This document shows, piece by piece, positions 24,305 to 32,000 of a stretch of 32,000 nucleotides of DNA. Under the pieces are notes generated by a model, which saw only the letters and a list, made by a program, of their open reading frames with translations, searched no databases and was not told the origin of the DNA. This DNA is from Telmatocola sphagniphila (lineage in GTDB: Bacteria > Planctomycetota > Planctomycetia > Gemmatales > Gemmataceae): positions 6,150,001-6,182,000 of the forward strand of contig NZ_CP074694.1 in assembly GCF_018398935.1 (NCBI RefSeq). The letters run 5' to 3'. Position 1 is the stretch's first letter; every line of letters begins with the position of its first letter. The translations under genes were made by a program, and so were the position numbers.

Positions 24305-26179
24305 ATGAGTTCACTGCGAGGAACTTTGATGCGTTTTTTCCTTCTAATGACTTTGCTGGCTTTGCCCACGTCCCTTTTCGCCGGTTCCTCGAATAGCCTT
24401 ATGGATGTTCGTGCAGATGGCTCCCGCTTGGTAGTGGCCAATACCGATAACGATTCAATTACGGTTGTCGATCTGAAAACGCGAAAAGCCGCCCCCGAGT
24501 TGAAAGTCGGCAGTCACCCGGAAGGGGCCGCCTGGGTCGCCAATACTCCGCTCGTAGTCGTCACTCTAAACGGCGAATCGGCGATCGCCTTCGTCGATAC
24601 CCAGAAATCGGAAGTCACCAAACTGAAAACCGAGTTCGAACCCTATGGAGTGGTTGTCAGCAAGGATGGCCTGACCGCGTATGTCACTCACGATTACCCC
24701 GGTAAGCTGAGCGTGATCAACGTCGCCGAGCGAAAAGTTTCGCGGGTTATCTCGGTCGGTGAATGGTCGCGCGGCATCGCACTGTCGTCGGACGAACAGA
24801 AAGTTTACATCACCAATTTCTACTCGGCGGAACTCACCTGCGTTGATCTCAAAGAAGGTAAAGTGATCGACCGCTGGCTGGGGCAAAGTACGGAGAACCT
24901 TTGCCGGCATGTGGAGTTGCACCCGAAGCGAGGCAAAGCCTATCTGTCGCACCTGCGCTCCCGGGTCGACACCTTCGACGCCCGGGGCTCGATCTTCCCA
25001 CAACTGACCATCGCCGATTTACGACCGAAAAAAAATGAGGAAGATTCCCGCCGCAAATCGCTGGCCATGGATACCTACAACGGCGTCTACGTCGTGGCCA
25101 ATTCCTGGGAAGCGGCCATCACCCCGGACGGCTCTAAGATCTATACGCTCTACGCCGGATCGGAGGAAATGAACGTTTCCAAAATTCTCGACGACGACTA
25201 CGAAGAGCTAGACCGCATTGGCCGGGTGATCAAGCTCGGGAAAAACCCTCGAGCGGTGCGAGTCTCGCCCGATGGCAAAGAGGTTTACGTCTATAACACG
25301 CTCGATTTCACAGTCAGCGTTCTGGCGGTGGAGGGCAATAAGAAACTGGCTGAAATTGAAGTCTGCAAACCGGCCCATAGCCCCGAATGGGTTCGCGGCA
25401 AATTTTTATTCCACACTGCCAGTCCGCCGATGAGCGGGGCACGCTGGGTAGCGTGCTCTTCCTGCCATCCGGATGGCCATTCCGATCATCGAGTCTGGCA
25501 GAACCCGGATGGCCTGCGAAAAACGCCGCCGTTGTTCGGTCTGGCCCATACGCATCCATTGCACTGGTCGGCGGACCGCGATGAAGTTCAGGATTTCGAA
25601 TATACGATTCAAGGAAAATTGATGCGGGGTCGCGGCTTAACCAGCGAACATACCGCCGCGCTGAAACCGGAGCTGGAAACGAAGATGAGCGGCAAATCGA
25701 AAGACCTCGATGCCCTAGCAGTTTATACCAACTCGTTCCATTTCAATCTTTCTCCCTATGCAGCGGAAGGAAAATTGAGCCCGGCGGCTCTACGAGGCAA
25801 AGAACTTTTCTTTAATAAGGATGTGAACTGCGCCAGCTGCCACAGCGGCCCCTATTACACCGACAGTTCACTGGTCAAACCTTTTAAACTTCACGATGTG
25901 GGAACGAGTAAAGACGATCCGCTGGAGAAGTTAGGGCCCGGCTACGACACACCCACCTTGTTGGGGATCTATCGCTCCGCTCCGTATCTGCATCACGGCA
26001 AAGCCAAGACCCTTATGGATGTGCTGACGACTTTTAACCCCAAGGATCAACATGGAAAGACTAGCCATCTTTCACAGCTTCAGAAAGAGGATCTGGTCGA
26101 GTTTCTGAAGGCGCTTCCCTACGAGAAGCCGCCCCAGGAAACGCCGAATACCGTGCCGTACTTCGAAAAGCAGAAGTGA
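24305..26179 (+). CDS. Secreted YVTN-type beta-propeller fused to a di-heme cytochrome c peroxidase (CCP/MauG-family) domain
   Basis: The track ORF opens at TTG 24266. ATG 24305 (MSSLRGTLMRFFLLMTLLALPTSLFA, signal peptide) is the more likely start. Repeated beta-propeller blades are visible (LVVANTDNDSITVVDLKT, AYVTHDYPGKLSVINV, VYITNFYSAELTCVDL, VYVYNTLDFTVSVL). There are two heme c sites, CSSCHPDGH and CASCHSGPYY, plus the CCP-like block DTPTLLGIYRSAPYLHHG. Confidence 0.8.
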   Translation: MSSLRGTLMRFFLLMTLLALPTSLFAGSSNSLMDVRADGSRLVVANTDNDSITVVDLKTRKAAPELKVGSHPEGAAWVANTPLVVVTLNGESAIAFVDTQKSEVTKLKTEFEPYGVVVSKDGLTAYVTHDYPGKLSVINVAERKVSRVISVGEWSRGIALSSDEQKVYITNFYSAELTCVDLKEGKVIDRWLGQSTENLCRHVELHPKRGKAYLSHLRSRVDTFDARGSIFPQLTIADLRPKKNEEDSRRKSLAMDTYNGVYVVANSWEAAITPDGSKIYTLYAGSEEMNVSKILDDDYEELDRIGRVIKLGKNPRAVRVSPDGKEVYVYNTLDFTVSVLAVEGNKKLAEIEVCKPAHSPEWVRGKFLFHTASPPMSGARWVACSSCHPDGHSDHRVWQNPDGLRKTPPLFGLAHTHPLHWSADRDEVQDFEYTIQGKLMRGRGLTSEHTAALKPELETKMSGKSKDLDALAVYTNSFHFNLSPYAAEGKLSPAALRGKELFFNKDVNCASCHSGPYYTDSSLVKPFKLHDVGTSKDDPLEKLGPGYDTPTLLGIYRSAPYLHHGKAKTLMDVLTTFNPKDQHGKTSHLSQLQKEDLVEFLKALPYEKPPQETPNTVPYFEKQK

Positions 26180-26181
26180 TC

Positions 26182-27114
26182 TCAAGCGGCCAATCGTCGA
26201 GCCCGACAGAGCAGTTGAACTTCCTCGAGCAGATCTCCCATCAGCAGATTGCGGAGAAATTGCTGGGAGCCGAAGGTGTGATTCACCCGGTCGGGCAGGC
26301 CGAAGCGCTGGAAGCGGGCTCGGAAATTTCCAGCCTCCGCCAGCACTTCCGAGCAGGCCGCGCCGAGGCCGCCCGTAATCGAGTGCTCTTCCACGGTCAT
26401 CACCCAGGGCAATTCCCGAACGCACTTTAAAAGCATCGTCTCATCGAGCGGCTTAATCGTATGCATGGAGACGACGCGGATCTCCAACCCATTCTCCTGA
26501 CGGACCTGATCGCTGACGCGTAAACACTCGCCGAGCATGGCCCCGGTGGAGATCAAGCAGCCATCGCGACCGGTACGCAACACATTTGCCTGACCGAGAC
26601 GGAAGCCTGGTTCGTTCTCGTGAAGTACCGGTTCATTGGCTTTGCCTAGCCGGAGGTATCCGGGACCGCTATGTTTGTTCAATTCCTGAGTGGCCAGTCG
26701 GGTTTCGACGGGATCGCCCGGGGCCACCACGGTCATACCAGGCAGCATTCGCAAAATACCGAGTTCCTCGACGCCGTGATGCGTGTAGCCCTGCGAGCCA
26801 TAAGCGAGGCCACCGCCGACCGAGACGATCTTCACATCCAGTTCGTGGTAGCAGATGTCATTGCGAATCTGTTCCAGGCAGCGCAAGGTCGGAAAATTGG
26901 CAATCGAATAAAGGTAAGGCTTGATACCCGTGCTCGCCAGTCCAGCGGCGATGCCGATCATGTTCTGCTCGGCCACACCCACATTGACATAGCGATCCGG
27001 AAAGCGTTCGATGAACTTCTCCAGCACGGAGAAGCCCAGATCGGCGGTCAGTAGCCAGACTCGCTCGTCCTGCTCGGCAATGTTAAGCAGAGTATCGATG
27101 AAGGCAGTTCTCAT
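26182..27114 (-). CDS. Transketolase, C-terminal (pyrimidine-binding plus C-terminal domain) subunit
   Basis: ATG start at 27114 overlaps the upstream stop (ATGA). Blocks: FIDTLLNIAEQDERVWLLTADLG, NVGVAEQNMIGIAAGLA, YSIANFPTLRCLEQIRND, GGLAYGSQGYTHHGVEELGILRMLPGMTVVAPGD. This is the typical split-transketolase B subunit. Confidence 0.9.
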   Translation of the reverse strand: MRTAFIDTLLNIAEQDERVWLLTADLGFSVLEKFIERFPDRYVNVGVAEQNMIGIAAGLASTGIKPYLYSIANFPTLRCLEQIRNDICYHELDVKIVSVGGGLAYGSQGYTHHGVEELGILRMLPGMTVVAPGDPVETRLATQELNKHSGPGYLRLGKANEPVLHENEPGFRLGQANVLRTGRDGCLISTGAMLGECLRVSDQVRQENGLEIRVVSMHTIKPLDETMLLKCVRELPWVMTVEEHSITGGLGAACSEVLAEAGNFRARFQRFGLPDRVNHTFGSQQFLRNLLMGDLLEEVQLLCRARRLAA

Positions 27115-27935
27115 GCGGCCCTCCGAAGTTCTCGCAATGCGGTTTCCAGCTGCTGATCGTTGGGGGATTTATAATGCCATTCCAGCCGGTCTTCCATGAA
27201 AGAAACACCTTTCCCCTTGATCGTGTGAGCAATCACCACGCTCGGTTTATTGGCGACAAAGGGAATCGAAGTCAAAGTCTGGTGGATCAACTGGTGATCA
27301 TGGCCATCGATTTCGCGCACTTCCCAGCCGAAGGCCCGCCACTTGTCGGCGAAGGGCTCCAGATTCAGGATCTCTTTCACCCGGCCGAAGCTTTGAATTT
27401 TGTTGTAATCCACGATGGCGGTGAGGTTATCCAGCTTGAATTGCGGGGCGAAGAGAATCGCTTCCCAGATGGATCCTTCATCGCATTCGCCGTCGGATAG
27501 CAGGCAAAAAGTGCGGTAATCGTGCTTTTTGCGTTTAGCGGCCAGTGCCAGCCCGCAGGCAATCGAGAGTCCATGCCCCAAAGAACCGGTGGAGAAATCG
27601 ATCCCGGGAACGTCGTAGTGCGAGATATGTCCCGAGAGGACGCTGCCGTCCTGACCGTAGGTGTCCAGCCAGGATTTCGGAAAGAAGCCGTTTTCCGCGA
27701 GAGTTGCATACACGGCCGCGGCCCCATGCCCTTTGCTCAGGAGAAACCGATCGCGATCCATCGAGCCCGGTAGATCGGGGCTGACTCGCAAGAGGCCCCC
27801 GTAGAGCACGGCCAGCAAATCGGTCATGGAGAAGCACGAACCGATATGGGAGGCCTTGGCGCGATGGACCATACGCAGCGTCTGGCTGCGGATTCGGGCG
27901 GCCAGATCTTCGCTTGCTTTGAGATCGAATTCCAA
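27111..27935 (-). CDS. Transketolase, N-terminal (thiamine-diphosphate-binding) subunit
   Basis: TTG start at 27935 has AAGGAG 6 nt upstream. Blocks: ASHIGSCFSMTDLLAVLY, LSKGHGAAAVYATLAENG, GSLGHGLSIACGLA, and LLSDGECDEGSIWEA (the ThDP-binding GDG...E motif region). Confidence 0.9.
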   Translation of the reverse strand: MEFDLKASEDLAARIRSQTLRMVHRAKASHIGSCFSMTDLLAVLYGGLLRVSPDLPGSMDRDRFLLSKGHGAAAVYATLAENGFFPKSWLDTYGQDGSVLSGHISHYDVPGIDFSTGSLGHGLSIACGLALAAKRKKHDYRTFCLLSDGECDEGSIWEAILFAPQFKLDNLTAIVDYNKIQSFGRVKEILNLEPFADKWRAFGWEVREIDGHDHQLIHQTLTSIPFVANKPSVVIAHTIKGKGVSFMEDRLEWHYKSPNDQQLETALRELRRAA

Positions 27936-27960
27936 GGCGAACTCCTTTCGCTGCTTCGGA

Positions 27961-29076
27961 CTAACCCGCTTTTCTACGAAACGTCCGATGTTGTCGTTCC
28001 AGTTCTTCCAGACCCAGGCGAATTCGGGCGGCGGCGGGCGTTCGCCCGGGAAGGTCTTTCAATCCCAGTCGGTCGCGCAGAACCGTACGGGCCAGGGCGA
28101 TTCGCAAAAAGTAAAACCAGAAGCGGGCTTCAAAGTCGATCTGTTGTCGCTGTTCCCGGAAATAGCCGATGAGAAAGGCCGAATGCCGTCGGACCGGCTG
28201 GAAGGTCGCCCAACTGGCCACGTCGAAGATCGGATCGCCGAGCAGGGCGTCTTCCCAGTCCAGAATGGCCGTGATTTTTCGGCCGTCGGTGAAGACATTA
28301 TCCATGCTCAAATCGTTATGCAAAATGGCGGAAGGACTGCTGGCCAGCACGCTCCAGAGCTTGGAAAACCAGCCTTCGATGCGATTGGCTTCCGCTTTAT
28401 CTAGGGCGTTCAACTCTACGCAACGGCTCAAATGCTTTTCCAGATTCACTTCCAGAAAGTCGGTCCAGCAGTTGAACAGACCGCGATAGTGTGAGGTTCC
28501 ATCCGCATGGCATCCGAGCGGATCGTCGGGATCGAGCTTCAACCAGCCGAAGCCGCTACTGACTTTCTCAGCGTGCAATTTTCCAATCCAGCGGCCGAGA
28601 TTCGTCAATAGGGGCAGCAGCACACGCTCGTTATCGTCGAATATCTTCAGCGAAGAGCCGCTGGCTTGATTTTGGATGGTGAAATCGGTCCGGCATCGAT
28701 CCCTCGTCAGATCGACGCAGCGGCAGGTCATGACCGGGTAGCCGCGTTCGACTAGATAGTTGGTAATGGAGGCTTCGATGGCCATGGGGAAATCGACGAA
28801 GCTTTCCGGCAGGCTGTTGGAACGGAAAATCAGCCGGCGATTAGCGAATTCGAGACACCAGATTTGATGCGTTGTGGCCGGGGCGTCTAATTTTTGAACC
28901 GAATCGGGTTCCGCATGAAGTACCAGGCGTACGATGTCTGCCACCTCGGCGTCGTCCAACTGCGTGATCGGCTCATCGGCGCGGCAGCGCCTCAGTGCGT
29001 AATCCGGTATGGACCAGTCGCTCTTGGGTAAAAAGAGCGACCGCCGTTGCTCGTGATAGTCATCGAGAGTCTTCAT
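27961..29076 (-). CDS. Aminoglycoside-phosphotransferase/choline-kinase-fold small-molecule kinase
   Basis: It has the catalytic-loop motif ILHNDLSMDNVF (HxDxxxxN) and the metal-binding motif ILDWEDALLGDPIFDVA. I place the start at ATG 29076 (MKTLDDY...). The track ORF start, ATG 29208, would overlap the upstream gene by 104 nt and adds a Cys/Ser-rich stretch that looks like out-of-frame sequence. Confidence 0.75.
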   Translation of the reverse strand: MKTLDDYHEQRRSLFLPKSDWSIPDYALRRCRADEPITQLDDAEVADIVRLVLHAEPDSVQKLDAPATTHQIWCLEFANRRLIFRSNSLPESFVDFPMAIEASITNYLVERGYPVMTCRCVDLTRDRCRTDFTIQNQASGSSLKIFDDNERVLLPLLTNLGRWIGKLHAEKVSSGFGWLKLDPDDPLGCHADGTSHYRGLFNCWTDFLEVNLEKHLSRCVELNALDKAEANRIEGWFSKLWSVLASSPSAILHNDLSMDNVFTDGRKITAILDWEDALLGDPIFDVASWATFQPVRRHSAFLIGYFREQRQQIDFEARFWFYFLRIALARTVLRDRLGLKDLPGRTPAAARIRLGLEELERQHRTFRRKAG

Positions 29077-29104
29077 ATCACCCACCGCTTCCGGCGGGTC
29101 CGCG

Positions 29105-30058
29105 TCAGGCGGCCCGTCGGCCGAGAACGCGTCCCGTTTCCCAAAACTGTTCGTAACCCAACAGCCGCTGCATGACGATGGACAGTTGACGGATGCGATT
29201 TTTCTCATCGTCCGTCAGTTGATTCATGGTGGCGATATTCACTTCCGGGGTCGGAATGCGAATGGTGCCCCAGGGATAGACCTCCTTTAAGGTCTGCGAA
29301 TTCCAGGAGGGCTGCAGGCAGGTCTCCGACCAGCCGATTCCGATGCTCGAACAGAGCTTGGACATGGTGCCGCGCATATCCGAGATAATGTCTTCGAAGC
29401 GGACGATATGAAAGTTATTCGGGAACTTCTCCGCATAGGTCAGCGCCAGGTGCTGGGAGTAATTCCAGGTCCAGGTGTAGCGTTCCAGCGACAGGGGGAA
29501 CGGCCGCTTCTTGGTATCGGAGTAGCCGGAATAGGGATTGCGCACCACGTGAATGATGTGGCCCTGCGGGAAGTCGGCCATGATTTTCTCCGTGTCGAAA
29601 TTCATGACCGGGCTATATCCGAGATAGCAGGTTTCCTGTCCGGTTTTCCGATAGTTGGTCCAGGCGTCGAAGGTCGAACGGAAGAACGCTTCGACCAGAT
29701 TGGCCCGGGTGCGCGGCTTATTCTTCATGAACGCGATAAACTTTTCCTTGCGTTCGATCTCATTGAGCTTCATATCGGCGTTTTTGAACTTGCTTCGCTC
29801 CGGTACGCGCAGGCGGGTCTTCATCTCTTCATCGAAAAAGAGTTCGTAATCGTTACCCGCTTCGCCGTGCATGGGGAATTCCGGCCAGCGATATTTGAAG
29901 GGCACGTAACTCGACAGATAGTCGTTAACCAGGCTAGTCCCCAGCTGCGACTCGTAGGGATAGTTGAACATCTCGGGATGTCCATCCAGCAGGCGCTGCG
30001 TCGTGTTGCCGCCATTCTCATACATGGCCGAGATCATAATTAGCTTGAAAGGTGTCAT
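29105..30058 (-). CDS. Sulfotransferase-like protein (divergent PAPS-binding loop)
   Basis: The N-terminal FKLIMISAMYENGGNTTQRLLDGHPEM resembles the sulfotransferase 5'-PSB loop context (..RSGTT.L..LL..HPE.). HIIHVVRNPYSGYSDTKKR resembles the 3'-PB motif (..RDP.D...S). The start is ATG 30058 with AAAGGG/GGAAGGA upstream; the track start at 30103 is TTG. Confidence 0.5.
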   Translation of the reverse strand: MTPFKLIMISAMYENGGNTTQRLLDGHPEMFNYPYESQLGTSLVNDYLSSYVPFKYRWPEFPMHGEAGNDYELFFDEEMKTRLRVPERSKFKNADMKLNEIERKEKFIAFMKNKPRTRANLVEAFFRSTFDAWTNYRKTGQETCYLGYSPVMNFDTEKIMADFPQGHIIHVVRNPYSGYSDTKKRPFPLSLERYTWTWNYSQHLALTYAEKFPNNFHIVRFEDIISDMRGTMSKLCSSIGIGWSETCLQPSWNSQTLKEVYPWGTIRIPTPEVNIATMNQLTDDEKNRIRQLSIVMQRLLGYEQFWETGRVLGRRAA

Positions 30059-30119
30059 CCCTTTAAGTCCTTCCGTTTCTTGAAAATATCCCGTGTCGGG
30101 CAATCGGTTCTTTTGCGTA

Positions 30120-31070
30120 TCAAGCCGCTTTTTTTAAATCGCGTTGCTGGTACCATTTCCACATTTCGCGAACGCCGCTTTGGAGAGTGTGTTTGGGTTT
30201 CCAGCCGGTTTTTTCAAAGGTTTCGCGCACATCCGCCACCCAGCAGGTCGGTTCATCGGGTCGTAATTCGATCGCCCCGTATTCCGGAAGAATCCGATTC
30301 TGGGTACAGACCGAGACGATTGTCTCGATCATATCGCGAACGGTCGACTGCGCGCCAGTCCCCGCATGCCAGATACCGCGACGCAACTCGGGTGTCGCGG
30401 CCACATGCTGAAGCAGAGCTGTTACGTCTCCGACATAGATGAAATCGCGCGGCTGCTGACCGGCGGAAACTTTGGGTCGAATTCCGCGAGCGCACATCTC
30501 CATAACGTAAGGAACCAATCGGGAAGGTTCTTCCCACGGTCCATAGGCGGCGAATACCCGAACGGTTGAGAATGGGCGGTTTTTGAACGCCTCGGCCTGA
30601 CAAAGTAAAGTCGCGGCTGCTTTGGAAACCCCGTAGTCGGAGCGGGGATCGAGCCGATCTGCCGTCTGCATGGCCGAAGTTTTATGCCCGTATTCGGAAC
30701 TGCTGCCGGTATGCACAAAAGCCTGGAAATCGTGGCCGTGCAAAGCATCGATGAGATTAGCCGTGCCGAGGAGATTGGTCGCCAAGATCTCCGTTCGGTT
30801 GTTCTGCGACGGGTAAGCGCCGTGGGTGCCCAGGTGATAAATCACTTGGGGTCGAATCTGTTCGATCAGTCGTTTGGTAGCTTCGGTATCGCAAAGATTG
30901 GCGAAATGGGGAGTGAATCGACCGGCAATATCGGCCAGCCGCCAAGTCTGATATTCGGGACGCAGCAGAAGGTGTACGTCGCAGCCCGCTTCAATCAGTT
31001 CGTGCGCCAGGAAGGCGCCAATGAAGCCGCTGCCTCCTGTAATCAATACTGGTTCACGCGGACTGGTCAT
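30120..31070 (-). CDS. NAD-dependent epimerase/dehydratase (extended SDR family)
   Basis: It has the Rossmann motif VLITGGSGFIGAFLAHEL, the catalytic Ser region HTGSSSEYG and the YxxxK motif YGVSKAA. I place the start at ATG 31070 (MTSPREPVLITGG) with AAGGG upstream. The track start at 31196 is TTG and adds 42 aa of non-SDR sequence. Confidence 0.85.
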   Translation of the reverse strand: MTSPREPVLITGGSGFIGAFLAHELIEAGCDVHLLLRPEYQTWRLADIAGRFTPHFANLCDTEATKRLIEQIRPQVIYHLGTHGAYPSQNNRTEILATNLLGTANLIDALHGHDFQAFVHTGSSSEYGHKTSAMQTADRLDPRSDYGVSKAAATLLCQAEAFKNRPFSTVRVFAAYGPWEEPSRLVPYVMEMCARGIRPKVSAGQQPRDFIYVGDVTALLQHVAATPELRRGIWHAGTGAQSTVRDMIETIVSVCTQNRILPEYGAIELRPDEPTCWVADVRETFEKTGWKPKHTLQSGVREMWKWYQQRDLKKAA

Positions 31071-31210
31071 CCTGACCCTTAGCTGAGCATCTGGGTGTAA
31101 ATCAATCTCCAGGCGCATCCGGCGCCTTTTCGCCGCGCTATGGTAAACTAGATTCGCTTCGGCAAGCAAGAGGAGTTTCCAGGAACTGGATATCAATCAG
31201 GCTATTCCTA

Positions 31211-31241
31211 TTGACCGTTTCGATGACTTTGTTCCTATAAT
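31211..31241 (+). promoter_or_regulatory. Sigma-70-like promoter candidate for the HAD hydrolase gene (implies a leaderless mRNA)
   Basis: TTGACC (31211-31216), a 19-nt spacer, then TATAAT (31236-31241). The ATG at 31248 lies 7 nt after the -10 hexamer, at the expected transcription start. No SD is possible in between. The spacer is longer than the 17-nt optimum. Confidence 0.35.
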
Positions 31242-31247
31242 CGAGAC

Positions 31248-31928
31248 ATGCATGTACTTCTTTTCGATATTGATGGCACCTTAATTCGTTCGGGCGGGGC
31301 CGGTAAAGCGGCCATGGAAGGGGGTCTCACAAAGGCCTTCGGCATTACCGAAATCCAGGACGTAGTACCCTACGGTGGCCGAACCGATGAAGCCATCGTT
31401 CGCGATTTGCTCCGCGTACACGGCATCGAAGTGACGCCCGAGAACATCGTTAAATTACAACAGGCCTATCAGAACGCTCTTCAGGAAACCCTCCATTCGC
31501 AGCGTGGCGAGGTTTGCCGGGGCATTCTGGAATTGATGCCGCGACTAACTTCCTCGAATACCGTAACTCTGGGTTTGTTAACGGGCAATGTCCGTTCCGG
31601 AGCCGAGCGAAAACTATTGCATTACAATCTCTGGCACTATTTTCCTTTCGGCGGCTTTGCGGATGATACCCACGATCGTTCTGAAGTGGCCCGCCGGGCA
31701 GTCCGGGAAGCTGAAAAACATTTGGGCCGGGAAGTTGAGCGAAACCGGGTCTGGGTGATCGGCGATACGCCGCACGACGTGAAATGTGCTCGCGATGTCA
31801 ATGCCCGCGCTGTGGCCGTGGGAACCGGTTGGCACAGCATGGAGGAATTGGCTGCTTCCAACCCCGATTTTCTCGTCGAAGATCTTTCTCAGGCGACCGA
31901 ATTGCTGCGAGCCTGGGGCATTCACTAA
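31248..31928 (+). CDS. HAD-superfamily hydrolase (phosphoglycolate-phosphatase-like)
   Basis: Motif I is LLFDIDGTLI at residues 4-13, motif II is LLTGN, and motif IV is VIGDTPHDVKCA. A cap-domain-sized insert lies between motifs I and II (subfamily IA-like). Confidence 0.85.
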   Translation: MHVLLFDIDGTLIRSGGAGKAAMEGGLTKAFGITEIQDVVPYGGRTDEAIVRDLLRVHGIEVTPENIVKLQQAYQNALQETLHSQRGEVCRGILELMPRLTSSNTVTLGLLTGNVRSGAERKLLHYNLWHYFPFGGFADDTHDRSEVARRAVREAEKHLGREVERNRVWVIGDTPHDVKCARDVNARAVAVGTGWHSMEELAASNPDFLVEDLSQATELLRAWGIH

Positions 31929-32000
31929 TACGTCAGGAAACCTGCACGCCGCGTACCCAATCCGATTGGACGGCGATCTCCTCTTCCGACAAACCGCTCG

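Noticed and set aside
29077-29208. Longer version of the kinase gene starting at ATG 29208
   Set aside because: It would overlap the sulfotransferase-like gene by 104 nt. It would also add a Cys/Ser/Pro-rich peptide that looks like an out-of-frame reading of that gene, so the ATG at 29076 is preferred. I cannot exclude the longer form without N-terminal data.
31112-31130. Mini hairpin GGCGC-atccg-GCGCC followed by TTTT in the divergent promoter region between the SDR and HAD genes
   Set aside because: The stem is only 5 bp and no + strand gene lies upstream of it. It is too weak to call a terminator.
31934-32000. Possible 3' end of a minus-strand gene entering from the right edge (reverse translation ...ERLSEEEIAVQSDWVRGVQVS*)
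   Set aside because: Only 22 codons are visible and there is no motif. This is not enough to call a feature.
1-32000. Looked for mobile elements, toxin-antitoxin pairs, restriction-modification or other defence genes, tRNA/tmRNA/rRNA signatures (e.g. GGTTCGAATCC T-loops), and integrase or transposase motifs
   Set aside because: None found. All sizeable ORFs with support are metabolic, envelope or housekeeping genes, so I do not claim a defence island or mobile element here.

Overview
Gene-dense, moderately GC-rich bacterial chromosomal segment. A PVC-type (Planctomycetes/Verrucomicrobia-type) heme-binding CxxCH protein suggests a planctomycete, but this is inference only. I can support 26 protein-coding genes. 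I found no rRNA, tRNA, CRISPR array, transposase, integrase or phage genes. Most of the content is housekeeping: a MacB-type ABC exporter (ATPase and permease), a skp-lpxC-Gfo/Idh/MocA envelope cluster, RNase D, ClpX, GlgC, an ArsR-family regulator, a DcuC-like transporter, the complete sucA-sucB-lpd 2-oxoglutarate dehydrogenase operon, and a pair of secreted heme proteins. Four things are less ordinary. (i) A five-gene minus-strand operon (26182-31070) encodes an SDR epimerase/dehydratase, a sulfotransferase-like protein, an APH-fold kinase and a split transketolase. It sits divergent from an apparently leaderless HAD phosphatase and is a candidate uncharacterised sugar-modification pathway. 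(ii) Six of the 26 proteins end in a basic-patch-Ala-Ala C-terminal tail: four in that operon, plus LpxC and its neighbouring oxidoreductase. The tail resembles ssrA/Ala-tail type degrons. (iii) A ~640-bp intergenic region (20652-21293) is packed with repeats, a hairpin module and a perfect 12-bp-arm palindrome. (iv) A membrane zinc-ribbon protein carries a 36-bp in-frame tandem duplication. I did not see a clear-cut novel defence or mobile system. All novelty statements are hypotheses that need database searches I cannot run. Many long antisense or out-of-frame ORFs in the track were judged to be shadow ORFs.
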